From Myxococcales bacterium (GTDB lineage Bacteria; Myxococcota; Myxococcia; Myxococcales; Anaeromyxobacteraceae), in contig JBBQEB010000068.1 in NCBI GenBank assembly GCA_038320275.1, positions 1 to 19,209 of the forward strand: a stretch of 19,209 nucleotides of DNA, in the 5' to 3' direction. Position numbers and translations under genes: made by a program. Positions within the stretch are counted from its first letter, which is position 1. Each line of letters starts with the position of its first letter. Shown here one piece after another: positions 1 to 11,375 of the stretch. The notes below the pieces were generated by a model. That model searched no databases. It was not told the origin of the DNA and worked only from the letters and a program-made list of their open reading frames with translations.

Positions 1-2
1 CG

Positions 3-1784
3 CTGGAGCTCTTTGGGGATGGGCGCGCCCGGGCGCGCGAGGTCGCAGCCGAGGTGGCGGCGCTCGCCCGGGAGTGGGCTTCGGGCGACGGGTCGGACCC
101 CGAGTTGCGCCGGAAGTGCGAGGAGCGGCTGGAAGGCTTGCGCGCGCTCTGGCGCCGGGAGCGCACGCTCTTCGGCCCCACCGAGGTCGCGGAGCTGCGC
201 AGCCTCTCCGAACGGTTGCGGCGGGTGGGCTCGCCCCCCGCGCGCGAGATCCTCCGGCAGGTCTTCGGTCACCAGGATTATCGGCCAGGGCAGGAGCCCA
301 TCATCGAGGCGGTGCTGGCCGGCCGCGACTGCCTGGGCGTCATGCCCACCGGCGCTGGCAAGTCGCTCACCTACCAGATCCCCGCGCGGGTGCTGGGCGG
401 CACCATCCTCGTCATCTCGCCGCTGATCGCGCTGATGAAGGACCAGGTGGATGCCATGGGCCGGGTGGGCCTGCGGGCCACCTTCCTCAACTCCAGCCTC
501 GACCCCGAGGAGCGGCGCGCGCGTGTCCAGCGCATGCGCCGGGGGGAGCTCGAGCTCGTGTATGCGGCGCCCGAGGGGCTGGAGGCGTCGGTGGGAAGCG
601 CGCTCGAGGGCATGCGGCTCACCGCACTGGCGGTGGACGAGGCGCACTGCATCAGTCACTGGGGGCACGACTTCCGCCCCGCCTACCGGAACCTGCGCGG
701 CCTGAAGGAGCGCTTCGGAGGCATTCCCGTCCTCGCGCTCACCGCCACCGCCACCGCCGAGGTGACGCGGGACATCGCCCAGCAGCTCGGGATGCAGGAC
801 CCGCTCGTCTTCCGCGGCACCTTCTTCCGTCCCAATTTGAGGCTGCACGCGTACAAGAAGGGCGAGGGCGCCGGCCACGGAGCGACCGGCAAGCGCCACG
901 GGCTCAAGACGCGCGACGCGCTCCTGCGCATCGTCCGGTCGCGGCCGGGCGAGAGCGGGATCGTCTATTGCCTCTCCCGCAAGTCGGTGGAGGCCACCGC
1001 GGAAGACCTGCGCGACCACGGCGTGCGGGCGCTCGCCTACCACGCGGGCATGGATGCCGAGGCGCGCACGGCCGCGCAGGACGCCTTCCATTCGGGGACG
1101 GCGGAGGTGGTGGTCGCGACCGTGGCGTTCGGCATGGGCATCGACAAGCCGGACATCCGCTACGTGCTCCACCGCGACATGCCGCGCTCGGTGGAGGGGT
1201 ACTACCAGGAGGTGGGGCGGGCGGGGCGCGATGGGGCGCCCTCCGACTGCGTGCTCTTCTACTCCTGGGCCGACGTCATCTCCTGGGACCGCATGGCGAG
1301 CGGCACGGAGCCGGGGGTCGCCGAGCTGCAGAAGAAGCAGGCGCGCGAGATGTTCCGGCTCGCCGACGACTCCGCCTGCCGCCACCAGTCGCTGGTGCGG
1401 CACTTCGGCGAGCGCATCGATCCCTGCCGGTCGAGCTGCGATCTCTGTTCTGGCACGGACCTCGTGTCGGACGCGCGGCCGGTGAAGGGGCTGACGCGCG
1501 GTCCGCGGCCCGGGCGTCCGGGCGCGGAGGGCAGGGCTGCCGCGCCCCTCGCGGACGAGCTCGACGTCGAGGCTTCGGAGCGCTTCGAACGCCTGCGCGC
1601 GGAGCGGCGCGCGGCCGCCGCGGAGAAGAGCGTTCCGGCCTTCTTCGTCTTCTCCGATGCGGTGCTGCGGGCCATCGCGCTGGCCCACCCGGGCGACGAG
1701 ACGGCGCTCGCGCGCGTGCCGGGTGTGGGCCCGAAGAAGCTCGCCGAGTACGGCGAGCGCTTCCTGGCCGCCCTGCGGAGCTGA
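3..1784 (+). CDS. recQ: RecQ-family ATP-dependent DNA helicase with Zn-binding and HRDC domains; frame open to the window edge, true start probably upstream
   Basis: Motif 0 [11 protein letters not shown], motif [13 protein letters not shown] box with [33 protein letters not shown], motif [12 protein letters not shown], Zn motif CRH...C..SCDLC, C-terminal HRDC ([12 protein letters not shown]...[17 protein letters not shown]). The frame of the 54 GTG has no stop back to base 3. Confidence 0.93.
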   Translation: MELFGDGRARAREVAAEVAALAREWASGDGSDPELRRKCEERLEGLRALWRRERTLFGPTEVAELRSLSERLRRVGSPPAREILRQVFGHQDYRPGQEPIIEAVLAGRDCLGVMPTGAGKSLTYQIPARVLGGTILVISPLIALMKDQVDAMGRVGLRATFLNSSLDPEERRARVQRMRRGELELVYAAPEGLEASVGSALEGMRLTALAVDEAHCISHWGHDFRPAYRNLRGLKERFGGIPVLALTATATAEVTRDIAQQLGMQDPLVFRGTFFRPNLRLHAYKKGEGAGHGATGKRHGLKTRDALLRIVRSRPGESGIVYCLSRKSVEATAEDLRDHGVRALAYHAGMDAEARTAAQDAFHSGTAEVVVATVAFGMGIDKPDIRYVLHRDMPRSVEGYYQEVGRAGRDGAPSDCVLFYSWADVISWDRMASGTEPGVAELQKKQAREMFRLADDSACRHQSLVRHFGERIDPCRSSCDLCSGTDLVSDARPVKGLTRGPRPGRPGAEGRAAAPLADELDVEASERFERLRAERRAAAAEKSVPAFFVFSDAVLRAIALAHPGDETALARVPGVGPKKLAEYGERFLAALRS

Positions 1785-1819
1785 CCCTAGGGCGGGGCCT
1801 CGGACCGGGCCTTCGCGCT

Positions 1820-1840
1820 CGCGCCGGATGCGGCGCGTTT
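1820..1840. terminator. GC hairpin between convergent genes; possible terminator
   Basis: CGCGCCG-GATG-CGGCGCG forms a perfect 7-bp stem followed by only TTT, between the recQ stop (1784) and the convergent lipoprotein stop (1840). Confidence 0.35.
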
Positions 1841-2379
1841 CAGGGATAGCCCGCCTTGCTTCGCCCCGACGCGCAGGTGCGGAGGTCCGCCACCCAGCTC
1901 CCCGCCGGAGGCCGCCCTTCCGCGACGATCTCGAGGCGCGCAGCGCCGTTCACGAGGTCTGGAGCGACGTTCAGCCGGTCGCCGGTGAGCACGATCCGGG
2001 AGACCGGCCCCGCCGCGGGATCGCGCGTGTAGTGGAGGAGCGCGACCACCTCGCCGCCCGAGCGAAAGAGGTTCACCGTGGCCGAGTCGATGCCGGACAG
2101 ATCCGGCCCGGAGCCGCCGGAGACCTCCAGCGACAGCTCGTCGATGTGCACGACGGTGTCGATGCCCCGGGTGCGCAGGAGCGGGATCTGGGTGGCGATG
2201 GGCACGGTGACGGGCAGCGCGATCCGGGACGCGCCCGCGCCCGGCACCGGCAGCCCGCCCTGTCCCAGGCAGACCTGGGGGATCTCGACCTCGGCATAGA
2301 GCAGCGGACCGCCGCAGCCGGAGAGCGCGGCGACCAGCGCCAGCACGAGGAGGGAGAGGGACCTTGGCACCGGGGTCAC
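1840..2379 (-). CDS. Hypothetical lipoprotein (~179 aa)
   Basis: GTG at 2379 overlaps the upstream TGA (GTGA). N-terminus MTPVPRSLSLLVLALVAALSGC has a hydrophobic stretch and lipobox LSG-C; mature part is beta-rich. The extension to 2880 in the ORF track is a shadow of the upstream gene. Confidence 0.75.
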   Translation of the reverse strand: MTPVPRSLSLLVLALVAALSGCGGPLLYAEVEIPQVCLGQGGLPVPGAGASRIALPVTVPIATQIPLLRTRGIDTVVHIDELSLEVSGGSGPDLSGIDSATVNLFRSGGEVVALLHYTRDPAAGPVSRIVLTGDRLNVAPDLVNGAARLEIVAEGRPPAGSWVADLRTCASGRSKAGYP

Positions 2380-2939
2380 CACACGTAGAAGAGCAGCCCC
2401 GCGCTGGCGGCGGGGTAGGTGCCCCGCACCGTCGGGTCGAGTGCCGAGACGATGGAGGCGTTCTCGCCCGTCACCGCCGCGGCGAAGCCGTGAACGGTCC
2501 CGCTGAAGTAGCCGAGCCCCGCCCGCAGGAAGAACACGAGCCGGTCGGGGCTGCCCAGCTCGAGGCCGAGCTCCGCCTGGACGTGGTCGTAGGCCACGCG
2601 CCGGAGGGCGCTCCTCTCCGCCGGTGAGAGCCGCGCAAAGCGCTCCGCGAGGCCGCCCGCGTCGGAGTCGAGCTGGTGCCCAACCTCCACGCGCAGGACG
2701 GGGGCGATGACGAAGCGGATCGGCGCGAGGGCCGCTGCGCCGCGGAGCCCCCAGCCGAGCAGGTTGTACGAGCCGCCGACCTCGAGCCGGAGCGGAAAGA
2801 CCGGTCGGACGACCAGGGAGGCTGCCAGCCCGTCGGGAAACCCTCCGTCGACGGCGGCACCGAGAAGTGGAGAGGCGCATGCTTGGCGGGCAGCCCCGGC
2901 AAGGACGAGGGCGACGACGAGGCGAGCCAGGCGCGTCAC
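2376..2939 (-). CDS. Secreted, probable small outer-membrane beta-barrel protein (187 aa)
   Basis: Signal peptide MTRLARLVVALVLAGAARQACA; alternating amphipathic strands (LRLEVGGSY, LRVEVGH, AELGLELG, FFLRAGLGYF); aromatic C-terminus LLFYVW resembling a BAM signal. Confidence 0.7.
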   Translation of the reverse strand: MTRLARLVVALVLAGAARQACASPLLGAAVDGGFPDGLAASLVVRPVFPLRLEVGGSYNLLGWGLRGAAALAPIRFVIAPVLRVEVGHQLDSDAGGLAERFARLSPAERSALRRVAYDHVQAELGLELGSPDRLVFFLRAGLGYFSGTVHGFAAAVTGENASIVSALDPTVRGTYPAASAGLLFYVW

Positions 2940-2945
2940 GCGAGG

Positions 2946-2951
2946 AGTCTA
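2946..2951 (-). promoter_or_regulatory. Putative -10 hexamer (TAGACT) of a leaderless transcript
   Basis: Minus strand reads TAGACT-CCTCGC-GTG: a TANNNT hexamer 6 nt before the 2939 start codon, with no Shine-Dalgarno. Confidence 0.5.
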
Positions 2952-3027
2952 GCCGCCCACGGGCGCGCCCAGCGAGCCGGTCACGATTTTTCCGATCGGG
3001 ATCGCTGGCAAACGTGGCGTCCGCGCG

Positions 3028-3052
3028 ATACTAGACTACGTTAGTCCAGTTA
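3028..3052 (+). promoter_or_regulatory. IscR/Rrf2-type operator upstream of the suf operon
   Basis: ATACTAGACTACGTTAGTCCAGTTA is a 25-bp AT-rich island with dyad GACT-N5-AGTC, resembling the E. coli IscR type-1 consensus ATASYYGACTRWWWYAGTCRRSTAT. It ends 46 nt before the rrf2 ATG. Confidence 0.7.
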
Positions 3053-3098
3053 CTTCGCTCACCCGAGCCTACCCGCGCGGACCCTGGACGACACCCGA

Positions 3099-3562
3099 AT
3101 GCTGCGCATGAGCAAACTCACCGACTATGGCCTCGTGCTCCTCACGCACATGGCCCGAGCCTCGCCCGCCCAGCGCAGCGCGCAAGAGCTCTCCACCGCC
3201 TCGCGCGTCCCCATGCCCACGGTCTCGAAGATCCTGAAGGAGCTCTCGAAGGCGGGGCTCGTCCTCTCGCAGCGAGGGCGCAACGGGGGCTACAGCCTCT
3301 CCAGGCCCCCGGATCAGATCTCGGTGGCGGCGGTGGTCGAGGCGCTGGAGGGACCGGTGGAGCTCACCGAGTGCAGCAGCGGCGCGGAGAGCGGCTGCTC
3401 CCTCCAGGCAGACTGCGTGGCGAAGGGCCACTGGGGCCCCATCAGCCGCGCCATCCAGCGGACGCTGGAGCGCCTGCCGCTCACCGCGCTCGGCCCGCCC
3501 GTGCCGCCCCTCGCCCGCCTCGCCTCACCCTCTCACCCCGCAGCACGCCCGGAGACCACACC

Positions 3563-3566
<4 letters not shown>
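3099..3566 (+). CDS. SUF system Fe-S cluster assembly regulator (Rrf2/IscR family)
   Basis: [15 protein letters not shown], w[45 protein letters not shown], and three Cys ([16 protein letters not shown]) followed by His; first gene of the suf operon. Confidence 0.92.
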
Positions 3567-5810
<2,244 letters not shown>

Positions 5811-5814
<4 letters not shown>

Positions 5815-7106
5815 ACGCGGCCGAGACCGCCTTCGCGGCGCAGCTCGCCGCCCGTGCGCAGGAAGGCACCGGCGAGCCTCGCTTCCTGCGCGAGCTGCGC
5901 GGGGCCGCCCGCGACACCTTCCTCCACGTGAAGCTCCCCACCTCGAGGCACGAGGACTGGCGCTACACGAGCCTCTCCGCCCTCGGCGAGCAGACCTTCG
6001 TTCGCGCTTCGCCCTCGCGGGTCACGAGCGCGGACCTGCCGCCTGCGCCGCGGCTCGTCTTCGTGAACGGCCGGCTCGACCCGGAGGCGAGCGACGTCGC
6101 CGGGCTCCCCGAGGGCGTCCGCGCGGGGAGCCTCGCCGCTGCGCTGCGCGAGCGCCCGGAGGACGTCGAGCCGCACCTGGGCAAGGTGGCGACCACGCGC
6201 AACCAGGCCTTCGGCGCGCTCAACCTGGGGCTCTTCGAGGACGGAGCGCTGGTGGAGCTCGCGCCGGGCGCGAGCTGCGAGGCGCCCATCCACCTCGTCT
6301 TCCTCTCCGCCTCGCCGCTCCCCGCCGCCACCCACCCGCGGAACCTCATCCTCGCGGGGGCCGGTGCGCGCGCCACGGTCGTCGAGACCTACCGGGGCGA
6401 GGGCGCGTACCTCGTGAACGCGGTGACCGAGCTCCGGCTGGAGGAAGGCGCCGAGCTCGAGCACGACCGGGTGCAAGAGGAAGGGCCCGCCGCGTTCCAC
6501 GTGGGGGCGCTCGAGATCGCGCAGGGCGCGCGCAGCCGGCTCACGGGGCAGTCCATCGCGCTCGGCGGAAAGCTGGCGCGGGTGGAGGCCCGCACGCTGC
6601 TCGGCGCCGAGGAGGCCTTCTGTGATCTGCGCGGCCTCTCGGTGGGCGGCGGCCGGCAGGTGCTCGACCACTTCGTGCGGGTCGACCACGCCAGCCCCCG
6701 CTGTACCAGCCGCGAGACCTTCAAGAACATCCTCGACGGCTCCTCGCGCGGCGTGTTCGCGGGGCGCATCCACGTGCGAGAGGGCGCGCAGAAGACCGAC
6801 GCAGGCCAGGTGAGCTCCAACCTGCTTCTCTCCGAGGACGCCACCGTGGATGCGAAGCCGCAGCTCGAGATCCTCGCCGACGACGTGAAGTGCTCGCATG
6901 GCGGCGCGGTGGGGCAGCTCCGCGAGGACCAGCTCTTCTACCTGCGCTCGCGCGGGATCTCGGCCGCGCACGCCAAGGCGCTCCTCACCTGGGCCTTCGC
7001 CGCCGAGATGGTGGACAAGGTTGGGCCGGCCGAGGTGCGCGCGCGCGTCCGGGCTGCGGTCAGAGCGCGGCTCCCCGGCGGAGAGCTGCTGCGGGAGGTT
7101 GCATGA
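5811..7106 (+). CDS. sufD: Fe-S cluster assembly protein SufD
   Basis: LPTSRHEDWRYT, LVFVNG, GVFAGRIHVREGAQKTDA, KPQLEILADDVKCSHG, QLFYLRSRGI; ATGA overlap with sufC. Confidence 0.95.
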
Positions 7107-8356
7107 GGGCGGAGTCGCAGGTCTTGCAGGCGAGCCCGGCGCTCGACGTGGAGCGCGTGCGGGCGCAGTTCCCCATCCTGGCTCGCCCGGTGCGCGGCAA
7201 GCGGCTCGTTTACCTCGACAGCGCCGCCACCACCCAGAAGCCGCGCGCCGTCATCGACGCGGTCTCCCGCTACTACGAGGAGGAGAACGCCAACGTCCAC
7301 CGCGGGGTGCACTACCTCTCCGAGCGCTCCACCGAGGTGTTCGAGGGCGCCCGCGAGCGGGCACGCAGGTTCATCGGAGCGGCGGATGCGCGCGAGATCG
7401 TCTTCGTGCGGGGCACCACCGAGGGGATCAACCTCGTGGCCAGCTCCTTCGCGCGCGCGCGACTGCGCGAGGGCGATGAGGTGCTCGTCACCGGCATGGA
7501 GCACCACTCCAACATCGTGCCCTGGCAGATGGCCTGCGCCGAGCGCGGCGCAAAGCTGGTGGTGGCGCCCATCGACGACCGCGGCGTGCTGCTCCTCGAC
7601 GAGCTCGAGAAGAGGCTCGGGCCGCGCACGAAGCTCCTCGCCGTGACGCACGTCTCGAACGCCCTCGGGACGGTGAACCCCATCCGCGAGATCACCGCCA
7701 TGGCCCACGCTCATGGCGTGCCGGTGGTGGTGGACGGCGCGCAGGGGGTGCCGCACGTGCGGGTGGACGTGCGCGAGCTGGGCTGCGACTTCTACGCGCT
7801 CTCCGGCCACAAGATGTACGGCCCGACCGGCATCGGCGTGCTGTGGGGCAAGGCGGAGCACCTGGAGGCGATGCCGCCCTGGCAAGGGGGCGGCGACATG
7901 ATCCTGTCGGTCGCCTTCGAGAGCACGATCTACAACCGCATCCCGTACAAGTTCGAGGCCGGCACGCCCGACATGGCCGGCGCGGTGGGGCTCGCCGCGG
8001 CCATGGACTGGCTGGACGGGCTCGGGCTGGAGGCGGTGGCGGCGCACGAGCACGAGGTGCTGGAGCACGGCGCCGCCCGCCTGGCCGAGGTGCCGGGGCT
8101 GACCATGGTGGGGACGGCCCCGGGCAAGACCGGCGTGCTCTCCTTCGTGCTGAAGGACGTCCACCCGCACGACATCGGGACCGTGCTCGATCGCGAGGGC
8201 ATCGCCATCCGCACCGGGCATCACTGTGCTCAGCCCCTCATGAAGAGATTGGGCGTCGCGGCCACGGCGCGCGCCTCCCTCGGCGTCTACACCACCCGCG
8301 CCGAGCTCGACGCGCTCGCGGCGGGGCTGGAGAAGGTCAGGAGAATGTTCGCATGA
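7103..8356 (+). CDS. sufS: SufS group II cysteine desulfurase (417 aa)
   Basis: ATG 7103 overlaps the sufD stop with GGAGG upstream. Motifs YLDSAATTQKP, NVHRGVH, MEHHSNIVPWQ, DGAQ, SGHKMYGPTGIG (PLP lysine), FEAGTP, RTGHHCAQP (catalytic Cys). Confidence 0.96.
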   Translation: MRAESQVLQASPALDVERVRAQFPILARPVRGKRLVYLDSAATTQKPRAVIDAVSRYYEEENANVHRGVHYLSERSTEVFEGARERARRFIGAADAREIVFVRGTTEGINLVASSFARARLREGDEVLVTGMEHHSNIVPWQMACAERGAKLVVAPIDDRGVLLLDELEKRLGPRTKLLAVTHVSNALGTVNPIREITAMAHAHGVPVVVDGAQGVPHVRVDVRELGCDFYALSGHKMYGPTGIGVLWGKAEHLEAMPPWQGGGDMILSVAFESTIYNRIPYKFEAGTPDMAGAVGLAAAMDWLDGLGLEAVAAHEHEVLEHGAARLAEVPGLTMVGTAPGKTGVLSFVLKDVHPHDIGTVLDREGIAIRTGHHCAQPLMKRLGVAATARASLGVYTTRAELDALAAGLEKVRRMFA

Positions 8357-8808
8357 GCTCGGAGCTGGACGACCTCTACCAGGACGTGATCCTCGATCAC
8401 GGCCGCCGCCCTCGAAACTTCCGTATCATCGATGGCGCTGACCGCCAGGCCGAGGGGCTGAACCCGCTCTGCGGCGACCACTTCAAGCTCTACGTGAAGC
8501 TCGAGGGCGACCGGATCGCGGATATCGCCTTCGAGGGGTCGGGCTGCGCCATCTCGAAGGCCTCCGCGTCGCTCATGACCACCTCGGTGAAGGGGCACAC
8601 CATCGCCGAGGCAGAGGCGCTCTTCGAGCGCTTCCATACGCTCGTGACCGAGGGGCCGGACAAGGTGAAGGTCTCCGAGCTGGGCAAGCTGGCGGCGCTC
8701 TCCGGCGTGTGCGAGTTCCCCACCCGCGTGAAGTGCGCCAGCCTCGTCTGGCATACCCTGCACAACGCCCTCGAAAAGGAGCGGGCCGAAGTGATCTCGA
8801 CGGAATAG
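8353..8808 (+). CDS. sufU: SufU (NifU/IscU-family) sulfur-transfer protein (151 aa)
   Basis: ATG 8353 overlaps the sufS stop. Motifs LYQDVILDH, NPLCGD, FEGSGCAISKASAS, RVKCASL; three conserved Cys. Confidence 0.93.
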   Translation: MSSELDDLYQDVILDHGRRPRNFRIIDGADRQAEGLNPLCGDHFKLYVKLEGDRIADIAFEGSGCAISKASASLMTTSVKGHTIAEAEALFERFHTLVTEGPDKVKVSELGKLAALSGVCEFPTRVKCASLVWHTLHNALEKERAEVISTE

Positions 8809-8810
8809 CG

Positions 8811-9371
8811 ATGCAGCGCTACCAACCAGCCACACTCCAGCGCGCGTGCGATGCGACGCAGATTCCCAGCGGCTTCAAGGTCCAGCTCGAGGCGGGCGCT
8901 TACGTGATGCCGCAGCAGGTCCTCGACGGGAACGTCACCGTCATGACCGAGCGGGGCGGGCTCGCCCGCATCTCGTCGGACGACGCCGACGCGCTCGGCC
9001 CGGAGTACGCCGAGCTCGCGGCCCAGGCGGCCGCGGCCCGGAAAGAGCGCACCGCCGGCCCCTACGAGGAGGCGAAGGTGTGGGAGGAGCTGAAGACCGT
9101 CTTCGACCCCGAGATCCCCGCCAGCATCGTGGACCTGGGGCTCGTCTATCACGTCGGCTCGGAGCCCGCGGAGGGCGGCACGCGCGTGCTCGTCATGATG
9201 ACGCTCACGGCGCCCGGCTGCGGCGTCGGCCCTGTCCTCGTGGAGGACGTCCGCCGCAAGGTGAGTGGCGTCCCGGGCGTGGTGGACGTGGACGTGGAGC
9301 TCGTGTTCGACCCGCCCTGGGACCAGAGCATGATGAGCGAGGCGGCGAGGCTGACGCTCGGCATCCTGTGA
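8811..9371 (+). CDS. sufT: Fe-S assembly protein SufT (long form, DUF59 domain, 186 aa)
   Basis: ATG 2 nt after the sufU stop. Motifs VFDPEIPASIVDLGLVY, MTLTAPGCGVG, VELVFDPPWDQSMMSEAARLTLG. Confidence 0.9.
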   Translation: MQRYQPATLQRACDATQIPSGFKVQLEAGAYVMPQQVLDGNVTVMTERGGLARISSDDADALGPEYAELAAQAAAARKERTAGPYEEAKVWEELKTVFDPEIPASIVDLGLVYHVGSEPAEGGTRVLVMMTLTAPGCGVGPVLVEDVRRKVSGVPGVVDVDVELVFDPPWDQSMMSEAARLTLGIL

Positions 9372-9415
9372 TAGCGGTCTCCGCGGTGAGGAGGGACGGT
9401 GCCCGGGCTGTCCGC

Positions 9416-10387
9416 CTACCCCGCCCGCAGCCCCATCATCACCGCCGCGAGCGTCCCGGCCGCGACGATCACCCACAGCGATAGACCGAGCAGCAGGGGC
9501 CGGGCGCCCACCTCCCGCAGGCTGCTGCGGTCGAGCCCGAGGCCGATGAGGAAGAGGGTGAGCACGAGCAGGCGCCCCGCGAGCCACGCGGCCGCGGTCC
9601 CGGCGGGCCGCGCGCCCGGGACGTAGGTCGCGATCGCGGCGGCGAGGACGAAGCCGAGGATGAACCAGGGCGGAGCGGCGGAGAGGGGGGCACCGATCCC
9701 GGCTGCGCGCCGCCGTTCCAGGAACCCCAACGCGAGCGCGAGCGGCGCGATCCAGAGCGCCCGGGCGAGCTTCACGGTGGTGGCGATGGCGAGCGCCGCC
9801 GGCCCGTACTGGAGCGCCGCCCCCACCACCGAGCTCGTGTCGTGGATGGCGAGGGCGGCCCACAGCCCAAAACCCGGTTCGTCCAGGCCGGCGACGTGGC
9901 CGATCGCCGGGAAGACGAGCAGCGCGACCGCGTTGAGGAGGAACACCGTGCCCAGTGAGACGGACGTCTCGCGCTCTCCGGCGCCGATGGCCGGCGCGGC
10001 GGCCGCGATGGCGCTGCCGCCGCAGATGGCGGTGCCGACCGTGACGAGCGTCGCGGTCACCCGCTCGACCCCCAGCGCGCGGGCGAGGAGCGCCCCCAGC
10101 GCGAGGCACAACGCGATGGACGCGATGGTGTACCCGATGCCGTGCAGGCCGACCCTGGCCACCGCGGCGAGGTCCATTCCACCTCCCAGCCCCACTACTG
10201 CGAGCGGCAGGAGCTTGCGCGACAGCGCGCGGGTGCGCGCGCGAAACGGGTTCCCCACCGTGAGCGCGATGGCGATGCCGGCGCCCAGGGCAGCCGCGGC
10301 GGGCATCCCTGGCGCCAGCGCCGCGGCGGCGCCCAGGAGGACGAGGGCTCTACCGAGCGTGGACTCCCCCGAGCTGTCGCCGGCCAT
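9416..10387 (-). CDS. YeiH / putative sulfate exporter family membrane protein (~323 aa)
   Basis: Multi-TM protein with GTAICGGSAIAA, FGLWAALAIHDTSSVVGAA, ATTVKLARALWI, PWFILGF and LFLIG. Start placed at ATG 10387 (MAGDSS). Confidence 0.88.
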   Translation of the reverse strand: MAGDSSGESTLGRALVLLGAAAALAPGMPAAAALGAGIAIALTVGNPFRARTRALSRKLLPLAVVGLGGGMDLAAVARVGLHGIGYTIASIALCLALGALLARALGVERVTATLVTVGTAICGGSAIAAAAPAIGAGERETSVSLGTVFLLNAVALLVFPAIGHVAGLDEPGFGLWAALAIHDTSSVVGAALQYGPAALAIATTVKLARALWIAPLALALGFLERRRAAGIGAPLSAAPPWFILGFVLAAAIATYVPGARPAGTAAAWLAGRLLVLTLFLIGLGLDRSSLREVGARPLLLGLSLWVIVAAGTLAAVMMGLRAG

Positions 10388-10571
10388 GCCGCCCGTGTAG
10401 CGAAACGGGCGCGCAGATCCAAGGGCAGACTGCGTGAAGGGCCTGCTGTTCCGCCATCCCGCCGCAAGCATGCTCGGCTGGACGCTGGGTGAGACGCGCG
10501 TCCTCCGGGGGTGGTGATCCGCTCACGCGGTACGCATGTTGGATGCCACACCTTCAATCGAAAGGACGGAC

Positions 10572-11357
10572 ATGCTCATCGACTCGAAGTGGATGGCAGG
10601 GGCCCTGGCTGCGGCGCTCCTGGTCGGCCCCGCGGCGGCACAGAATGCGAGCGGCAGCGGAGACCCCGGGCTGAGCCCCGGCGCGCGCGGCGCCGCGTCC
10701 ACCGGCGCAGGCAGCACCACGATCACCACCACCAAAACCGACAGCAACGACACCGTGAGCCACGGCGCGGCCGCCGCCGGCGCTGCGGCCCAGGGCGCGG
10801 CGCACAAGACGGCGGACGCGGCGCGTGGAGCGGCCGACAGCACCGCCGCCGCCGTCGACACGATGGGTGACAAGGCCTCCGCGATGGGCCAGCAGGCCAC
10901 CAGCGACGCGGCGCGGCTCCTGGCCAAGCTCCACGCCGGCAACGAGATGGAGATCCACGCCGGCAAGGAGATGGCGAAGATGGCCAAGAACGCCAAGGTC
11001 AAGGCCTTCGCCAAGCGGATGGTCACCGACCACGGCGCCATGGACAAGGACGTGAAGGCGTTCGCCAAGAAGGCCAAGATCGATCTCGCCAGCGCGCCCA
11101 AGCCGGCCGACGCGGACAAGGCCGCCATGGACGCGAAGATGAAGGAGATGCACGCGATGAAGGGCCACGAAGCGGAGAAGGCCTACATGCAGAGGATGGT
11201 CGAAGACCACGAGAAGGACGTGAGCGAGGTCTCGGACGCGCACCAGAAGGCACAGGACGACCACAAGACCGAACTGGTGGCGCTGCTTGCGAAGACCAAG
11301 ACCAAGATGCAGGCGCACCTCGACCAGGCGAAGAAGATAAACGACGCGATGAAGTAG
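10572..11357 (+). CDS. Secreted DUF4142-domain (ferritin-like helical bundle) protein
   Basis: AAAGGA Shine-Dalgarno before ATG 10572; signal peptide; Ala/Thr-rich linker; LHAGNEMEIHAG...VKAFAKRMVTDH...YMQRMVEDHEKDV...HLDQAKKI pattern typical of DUF4142. Confidence 0.82.
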   Translation: MLIDSKWMAGALAAALLVGPAAAQNASGSGDPGLSPGARGAASTGAGSTTITTTKTDSNDTVSHGAAAAGAAAQGAAHKTADAARGAADSTAAAVDTMGDKASAMGQQATSDAARLLAKLHAGNEMEIHAGKEMAKMAKNAKVKAFAKRMVTDHGAMDKDVKAFAKKAKIDLASAPKPADADKAAMDAKMKEMHAMKGHEAEKAYMQRMVEDHEKDVSEVSDAHQKAQDDHKTELVALLAKTKTKMQAHLDQAKKINDAMK

Positions 11358-11375
11358 CCGGGACCACCATCCGCT

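Noticed and set aside
1820..1837. GCCGGATGCGGCG resemblance to enterobacterial REP elements
   Set aside because: Single short copy in GC-rich DNA and no REP-associated transposase; more simply a hairpin.
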